60,052 bases of DNA, taken from Euryarchaeota archaeon UBA602. GTDB lineage: Archaea > Thermoplasmatota > Poseidoniia > Poseidoniales > Thalassarchaeaceae. Every line of letters starts with the position of its first letter. Position 1 is the stretch's first letter. Of the stretch, positions 54,722 through 60,052 are shown one piece after another. Below the pieces are notes generated by a model, which saw only the letters and a program-made list of their open reading frames with translations, had not been told where the DNA came from and ran no database searches. A program made the translations under genes and the position numbers. The DNA is taken from assembly GCA_002498455.1 (NCBI GenBank), contig DAHO01000045.1, positions 7,777 through 67,828 on the forward strand, in the 5' to 3' direction.

Positions 54722-56621
54722 TTGTCATCAGAATGAGAACCAATATCGAGAAATCAATCGGTTCAGGTGGGAGAACCTCCACAACGGTGATTTCTGAATT
54801 CACCTGAACATCACCAATGCTTTGGATATGTCCGGTCGACCATTTGACCTTGACTTCAGCGATTGATTGGTCACCCAAACCAAAATGCACAATGGGGTCA
54901 CTACTGCCAAGGAAACCATCTCCAGCGTAAGCATGCTGTTTGAGAATGGTTCCATCCTCCAAATGCACTTCAACGATGCAACCGATACCGTGTGAATTAG
55001 AGCCCCCTTCTGTACCTTGTAGCCTCACCTTAAGCCACCCACCAAGACCGTCCTCGACAGCAGTGTTTCTCCATAACTGCGGGGCTGCATTCGCGTGTGC
55101 CAATAGCAGGTCTAGGTCACCATCATTATCGAAATCTGCTAGGGCAACGCCCATGGTTTTGTTTCCTCCACGGGCATAACCAGAACTCTTGTTGGCCCCA
55201 GATAGACCGAGTTCATCCGCAACATCGGTGAAATCAATCATTCCATCACCGTCGATATCACCATCGTTTCGGTACAATGAATTGTATTGATTTGAAATGT
55301 CCAAATTAATTCGTCCAACTCCAAACCACAGATCCATATCACCATCCAAGTCGTAATCAAAGAAATGACAATCCCAATTCACAAGAGTGTTCGATTGTTC
55401 GCCATAAATTCCCATCGAAGATTGCTCTACGAAGATGTCTCCTTGATTGTTCCACAGGAAATTATCGCCGAAATTTGACTGGCATACATCCAAATCTCCG
55501 TCCAAATCAATGTCTGCTGCATGAGCACCCATGCCCGTTCCGGGTCGAACCATCTCTCGCTCGGTCGTCACCAACTCAAATGTCCCATCACCGTTGTTTT
55601 GGTAAAGGGGGGAGATGCCAAAATCACTGGCAACGTACAAATCCTCCCATCCGTCACCATTTGCATCGAACCAAACCGCGGCCCATGACATACCGGAACC
55701 CGTCGGTTCATCACTGACCCCGTCTGGCAACTTGGCCTGAGCACTTGGATTGGTGACACTGGTGGGAAATATCGAAAGTGCAGGGCCCACCAATGGAACA
55801 AAATCAACTTCGGAGGATTCAAGCTGCCCAAAAGTACCTGATTCCTTTGTTTGGTCACTAAATTCTGGGATTCCATCACCGTTAGAATCTCCATCATTAC
55901 GGTACAGAATATTGGTTTCGCGTCGGGCCAAACCGGTCAACTCGTCAACCATTCCAAAGTTCATCGAGTAACAGTCCAAGTCACCATCATGGTCATAATC
56001 AGCCCATACGGATCCTGATGAGTGTCCTGGATTGCCCAAGTTACTCTGAGCGGTCACATCCGTAAACACACCGTTTTCATTTTGGAACATTTGGTTTGGT
56101 TCACCGGTAAATTCCGGATTCTCCATATTGGCTCGCCCATAATTTGAGAGATACAAATCCACATCACCATCACCATCAAAATCAACCCAAGTGGCTCCCA
56201 ATGTAGTCACATCGGGAAAACCCACTCCAGCCTCTTCTGATACATCAACAAATTGTCCACCGCCATCATTTCTCAGTAAGTGACTCTGACCCGTAGAGTT
56301 CTCGACCAATCGCTCATGGGCAGGATGATTCTCTGGAATATCTCCCATACTGGAGAATCCGAGAGCAATTGCCGTTTCTTGCCCAAGGTGGTCAAATCGA
56401 GCGGTTAGGAAGACGTCCAAATCACCATCTTGATCATAATCGCCCCAAGCCACTCCCGGGCCATAAGACGCCCAATTGGTCAAAGGACCGGAATCGATCT
56501 CCTCAAACCCCGATTCGGGTACCAGTTCAAATCCAGCACTTGCAGGACCGCATGAAAGTAGCAGCACCACCAACAGATAGACCGGTGCTGGGCGCATGCT
56601 CTGGGATGAGATGTTACACAT
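54675..56621 (-). CDS. FG-GAP/VCBS-repeat protein with a UnbV/ASPIC C-terminal domain (CRTAC1-like), secreted and C-terminally anchored
   Basis: Signal-like N-terminus, many DxDxDGDLD repeats, and an ASPIC-type module WLKVRLQGTEGGSNSHGIGCIVEV..GDGFLGSSDPIVHFGLGD..VKVKWSTG. There is a C-terminal TM. Confidence 0.8.
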   Translation of the reverse strand: MCNISSQSMRPAPVYLLVVLLLSCGPASAGFELVPESGFEEIDSGPLTNWASYGPGVAWGDYDQDGDLDVFLTARFDHLGQETAIALGFSSMGDIPENHPAHERLVENSTGQSHLLRNDGGGQFVDVSEEAGVGFPDVTTLGATWVDFDGDGDVDLYLSNYGRANMENPEFTGEPNQMFQNENGVFTDVTAQSNLGNPGHSSGSVWADYDHDGDLDCYSMNFGMVDELTGLARRETNILYRNDGDSNGDGIPEFSDQTKESGTFGQLESSEVDFVPLVGPALSIFPTSVTNPSAQAKLPDGVSDEPTGSGMSWAAVWFDANGDGWEDLYVASDFGISPLYQNNGDGTFELVTTEREMVRPGTGMGAHAADIDLDGDLDVCQSNFGDNFLWNNQGDIFVEQSSMGIYGEQSNTLVNWDCHFFDYDLDGDMDLWFGVGRINLDISNQYNSLYRNDGDIDGDGMIDFTDVADELGLSGANKSSGYARGGNKTMGVALADFDNDGDLDLLLAHANAAPQLWRNTAVEDGLGGWLKVRLQGTEGGSNSHGIGCIVEVHLEDGTILKQHAYAGDGFLGSSDPIVHFGLGDQSIAEVKVKWSTGHIQSIGDVQVNSEITVVEVLPPEPIDFSILVLILMTIILVQLIWKSPQKSQ

Positions 56622-56686
56622 AAGAATACGGCTATGTGCTAAATCGCATCTATGATGCGCAGAGACATACGTTCAAACCAAGGTGA

Positions 56687-57448
56687 ATGCGCACGACCGA
56701 AAAGAACGGGGTTGTTTGGCCCCTGCGGAGCATGAGTAGGATGGATTCATCGAAGTTAATTGAACTGGCATCGGAAGCCTTTGCGCAAGGAAAACCTGTC
56801 ATGGTTTTTGATTCAGATTTTCGAGAATGTGAAACTGACTTACTCTGGCCTGCTGCTGCAGCAACACCGGCTGTGATGCGAAGACTACGCCAAGATTGTG
56901 GGGGGTTGTTATTCTTGGCAGTTGGAGACGATGTGGGCGAACAATTTGGTCTCCCATGGCTGCAAGATTTGCACACGCACCCCGCATTGGTTGAGGAGAA
57001 TCCAGTGCTTAGCAAGCTGATCACGGATGACCTACAATACGATACCCGCAGTGCGTTCACACTCTCATTAAATCACCGAGAAACGTTCACTGGAATTACC
57101 GACCATGATCGTGCTTTGACCACAAGACGATTCGGCGAATTGGCCGATGAAATGAAAGGTAGTGATGCTATAGAAGCGATGACTGCTTTGGGAAAGGAAT
57201 TCCGGACACCCGGACACATACCGCTTTGTAGAGAAGCCCCCGGGGGTTTGAAAACTCGCCAAGGCCATACAGAATTGGCGGTCGCAATTGCCAGATTGGC
57301 AGGGTTGGTCCCTTGTACGATTGGTGCAGAGATGCTGCAACCTGATGGAGATCGCGCATTGAGCGTGGAAGATGCCAGAGCCTACGCAGCCAAGCATCAA
57401 ATCCCAATGCTCACCGGTGAAGATATCATGAAAGCCTTTGGCTTGTAG
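56687..57448 (+). CDS. ribB: 3,4-dihydroxy-2-butanone 4-phosphate synthase
   Basis: KPVMVFDSDFRECETDLLWPAAAATPAVMRRLRQDCGGLLFLAV.. is like archaeal RibB. The true start is probably internal (ATG 56732 or 56741). Confidence 0.85.
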   Translation: MRTTEKNGVVWPLRSMSRMDSSKLIELASEAFAQGKPVMVFDSDFRECETDLLWPAAAATPAVMRRLRQDCGGLLFLAVGDDVGEQFGLPWLQDLHTHPALVEENPVLSKLITDDLQYDTRSAFTLSLNHRETFTGITDHDRALTTRRFGELADEMKGSDAIEAMTALGKEFRTPGHIPLCREAPGGLKTRQGHTELAVAIARLAGLVPCTIGAEMLQPDGDRALSVEDARAYAAKHQIPMLTGEDIMKAFGL

Positions 57449-57457
57449 GGTGGTCAC

Positions 57458-57922
57458 ATGGTACGCGTCATGGCCGTAGGAGTGTTCGACCTACTCCACG
57501 CTGGACACTTGCATTACCTCGAACAGGCCAAGGCACTGGGAGATCATCTCACCGTGATCATCGCACATGACGATACGGTTCGAATGCGGAAGCATGAACC
57601 TGTCACCAGTCAGGATTTACGGCGACGGATGGTTTCAGGATTGAAACCTGTAGATCATGCCATGGTGGGCAATCCTCCAACGGTCCCGATGTACGACATT
57701 TTACCGCTTGTTGAACCCGATATCATCGCCATTGGATATGACCAGGAGCATGCTGAATCCGCCATTCGGGCAGGTCTCGATGAGCGTGGTTTCAATGAGA
57801 TTCAGTTGATTCGAGTCGAGGGGTTGACCGAAGATTTAGACGGAACTCGAAAAATTATCGACAAAATCCTCAGTTTGCAGTGGGCCCAAAAGCGACAGAC
57901 TGAGCTGGAAGGTGAGCAATGA
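57458..57922 (+). CDS. ribL: Archaeal FAD synthetase (CTP-dependent FMN adenylyltransferase) RibL
   Basis: VMAVGVFDLLHAGHLHYLEQAKALGDHLTVIIAHDDTV..LKPVD is a cytidylyltransferase HxGH motif arranged as in M. jannaschii RibL. Confidence 0.8.
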   Translation: MVRVMAVGVFDLLHAGHLHYLEQAKALGDHLTVIIAHDDTVRMRKHEPVTSQDLRRRMVSGLKPVDHAMVGNPPTVPMYDILPLVEPDIIAIGYDQEHAESAIRAGLDERGFNEIQLIRVEGLTEDLDGTRKIIDKILSLQWAQKRQTELEGEQ

Positions 57923-58512
57923 TGTTCACAGGTATCGTTCAAGGCACCGGTTCAGTCCATTCGATTGAAGGCGATGAAACCCTAACGTTCTCAATTGAAA
58001 TCCCATCCACTGAAGGGTTGGAAGTTGGTGGCTCCGTCTCCATTGACGGTGTTTGCTTGACGGCCACTTCGATTGGGGATTTGGTCACCTTCGACGTGAT
58101 TCCCGAAACCATTCAGCGTACAACACTCGGCTCGTTAACTCAGGGGGATTCAGTCAATGTTGAGCGCGCACTCAAATTCGGTGACGAATTGGGGGGACAT
58201 TTGCTCAGTGGGCACATCATGGGAACCGCAGAAATTACGAAAGTGGTGAACCAGGATTACACCATTTGTTGTGCTCCAGAAATGGCCGATTACATTCAGG
58301 AAAAGGGATACATTGCCGTAGATGGGATTTCACTAACCGTGGGAGAAACCGATGGAAAAGGTTCCTTTGCGGTCCACATCATTCCGGAAACCTTGCGCTT
58401 GACCACGCTTGGGAACAAGTCCGAAGGTGATCATGTCAACATTGAAATTGATGCCATGACACAGGCGGTTGTTGAGACGACAAAGAGAATGATGCAACAA
58501 CGGGAGGCATGA
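57919..58512 (+). CDS. ribE: Riboflavin synthase, bacterial/eukaryotic alpha-chain type
   Basis: MFTGIVQGTG.., a duplicated lumazine-binding barrel (GGSVSIDGVCLT / YIAVDGISLT). ATGA overlap with ribL. Confidence 0.9.
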   Translation: MMFTGIVQGTGSVHSIEGDETLTFSIEIPSTEGLEVGGSVSIDGVCLTATSIGDLVTFDVIPETIQRTTLGSLTQGDSVNVERALKFGDELGGHLLSGHIMGTAEITKVVNQDYTICCAPEMADYIQEKGYIAVDGISLTVGETDGKGSFAVHIIPETLRLTTLGNKSEGDHVNIEIDAMTQAVVETTKRMMQQREA

Positions 58513-58913
58513 AAATGAAGATTGGAATCGTGTGTGGTTCATTCCATCGCGCAGAGGTTGAGCGGATGCTTGAATGGTCGAATGATGAAGCGAGTAAGTT
58601 TGAACTTACTGTTTCTGATGTGGTGTGGGTGCCCGGTGCCATGGAGGTTCCTTTGGCCCTCGATCGACTTCTCTGCAGAGACGATATTGATGGGGCCGCG
58701 TGCCTGGGAATCATCGAAAAGGGGCAAACCAAACACGGGCTCGCCATGGGTCAAGCCGTCATCAAGAGCATCATCGATTTACAATTGACTTGGAACAAAC
58801 CTGTCGGACTGGGCATCATTGGACCGGGTGCAAAGCCTGAGCACATTGAACCCAGATTGGAGCCGCACGCCAGGGCAGCCATTGCCGCCATCGCAGCGAT
58901 GTCTAATCCCTGA
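58509..58913 (+). CDS. ribH: 6,7-dimethyl-8-ribityllumazine synthase
   Basis: The pattern VPGAMEVPLALDRLL..DDIDGAACLGIIEKGQTKH......KPVGLGIIGPG matches archaeal RibH such as MJ0303. ATGA overlap with ribE. Confidence 0.85.
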   Translation: MKMKIGIVCGSFHRAEVERMLEWSNDEASKFELTVSDVVWVPGAMEVPLALDRLLCRDDIDGAACLGIIEKGQTKHGLAMGQAVIKSIIDLQLTWNKPVGLGIIGPGAKPEHIEPRLEPHARAAIAAIAAMSNP

Positions 58914-59946
58914 AAGGTGGGTAATAGGGGCCGCGTCTACGGAATGTGGAGTGCCTCACGCCCCGAAGAACCTGCATGTAGAATTTCCAACAGGCCCCAA
59001 AGGTACGGAAAGGATGACGCATAATCTTCCAGGGCCATGTGAATGGATTGCCCCAACCACGAATCGGATATCTCAATTGACCCATCATTTCTTTGGGTAC
59101 TTCCTCATCAACACCATAGACTTGAGGTCGCTTATCATGCGGCATGTAATAGGTCCCAAAGATGATGTCCCACAGGGGTAGAAAACCGGAGTAATTCGAA
59201 CAATGCGCTTCCTTCTCATTTGCATGATGCCAATGGTGGAATTCGGGTGTCTGTATCAGGCGATGTAGGGGTCGGAATCGCCAACTCACATTTGCGTGTA
59301 AGAACAGACCTGTGATGATTTGCAACACGGCCAATACGCCGCTGGTTTCGGGGCTGAATCCTGCGAACACTAGGAAAAAGAAACCCGGTGCTATCAGCGC
59401 GAAATCCATCGGATGAATCCTAAACCCACTGATCCAATCCATGTGCTCTGGCGAATGATGAATCGCGTGGAATTTCCACAACTCTGGAACCTCATGGTAC
59501 CAGCGATGCGCCCAATAGCCAACGAAATCGAAAAGGACGAAAGCCACCAGCGGTTGCATGCTGGATGGAATCATGTCCACCAGGCCGAAGTAACCGATGA
59601 TTAGACCGAGAACCCATGTGAAGGAGAAGAAACCGATGATGACGGCGAAAATGAGGCCGAACACATTCAGAAAGGGTGCTGAGAGGGCATAAGCAACATC
59701 CAGCCTCCACTTCGGACGGCGGACCTTCTGGCCTTTATGCCGAGGGAAGATTTTCTCCATAGGAACTACGAGAATGAATAGAATAATCGTCGTGATTAAA
59801 GATTCAAACTGATAATACCAGAGAGAAAAACCCACGATGGATAGGACCACAATTCGTCCGAGCAGCATCCAGTACCATGCGGGAGGGGCGGGCATAATTG
59901 GCAGGCCATCATCACCGATGGAGGCAGGGTCAATCATCGTCTCCAT
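58903..59946 (-). CDS. Fatty acid hydroxylase/sterol desaturase-family membrane di-iron enzyme
   Basis: Histidine boxes HRWYHE, HAIHHS and HHWHH in a polytopic membrane protein. Its 3' end overlaps ribH by 11 bp (convergent). Confidence 0.8.
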   Translation of the reverse strand: METMIDPASIGDDGLPIMPAPPAWYWMLLGRIVVLSIVGFSLWYYQFESLITTIILFILVVPMEKIFPRHKGQKVRRPKWRLDVAYALSAPFLNVFGLIFAVIIGFFSFTWVLGLIIGYFGLVDMIPSSMQPLVAFVLFDFVGYWAHRWYHEVPELWKFHAIHHSPEHMDWISGFRIHPMDFALIAPGFFFLVFAGFSPETSGVLAVLQIITGLFLHANVSWRFRPLHRLIQTPEFHHWHHANEKEAHCSNYSGFLPLWDIIFGTYYMPHDKRPQVYGVDEEVPKEMMGQLRYPIRGWGNPFTWPWKIMRHPFRTFGACWKFYMQVLRGVRHSTFRRRGPYYPPFRD

Positions 59947-60052
59947 TCAACTCAAATCAAATTCTGAAAAAGCGTATATCAATTGTGTGGATGGATGTGT
60001 ATTTGTGCTCAAATGATTCTGTTTGAGCACTGTGAATGTTGAAGAGATGTCG

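Noticed and set aside
55100-56500. Periodic sequence within the FG-GAP gene considered as a DNA tandem repeat
   Set aside because: The periodicity is at the protein level (divergent DxDxDGDLD calcium-binding loops of FG-GAP blades). The nucleotide copies are not conserved enough to be a DNA repeat element.

Overview
This is a dense, almost gap-free archaeal chromosomal segment with about 58 protein genes and one tRNA. I recognised no rRNA, CRISPR array, transposase or integrase. Archaeal hallmark genes are unambiguous: a complete A1Ao ATP synthase operon in the order H-I-K-E-C-F-A-B-D (27.1-35.9 kb, minus strand), a colinear smc-scpA-scpB operon, Orc1/Cdc6, ribosomal proteins L10e and S6e, aIF2-gamma with an Fcf1-like PIN protein, Dph2, RPA with its RPA-associated protein, and RibL. 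Bacterial-type genes are interleaved with these: MutS (partial at the left edge and missed by the ORF track), RNase PH, class II HMG-CoA reductase, RibE-type riboflavin synthase and NadB. There are also eukaryote-like extracellular proteins: an animal-haem-peroxidase family protein and a CRTAC1/ASPIC FG-GAP protein. This mix, the mid-range GC and the many acidic protein tails suggest a marine planktonic euryarchaeote (Marine Group II/Poseidoniales-like), but that is inference only. The best candidates for something undescribed are: (1) a translationally coupled four-gene cluster at 10.5-13.8 kb, made of an ORC/Arch_ATPase-like AAA+ protein with Walker A Lys replaced by Arg, an acidic linker and a wHTH, followed by a cytoplasmic beta-propeller, a DUF357 protein and a 77-aa protein; it abuts a 247-bp AT-rich intergenic region carrying a perfect 16-bp direct repeat and a TAACG motif array. 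(2) An Epd/Tad-like secretion-ATPase and split-platform locus without pilins, placed directly downstream of and co-oriented with rpa-rpap. (3) Several apparent pseudoenzymes or degenerate family members: an M50-like protein without the HExxH histidines, a HemC-like protein without catalytic residues, and a MIP-like protein without NPA motifs. (4) A convergent, 47-bp-overlapping pair of secreted tail-anchored peroxidase and ASPIC proteins. All functional calls rest on motif recognition by eye, because no database search was possible.
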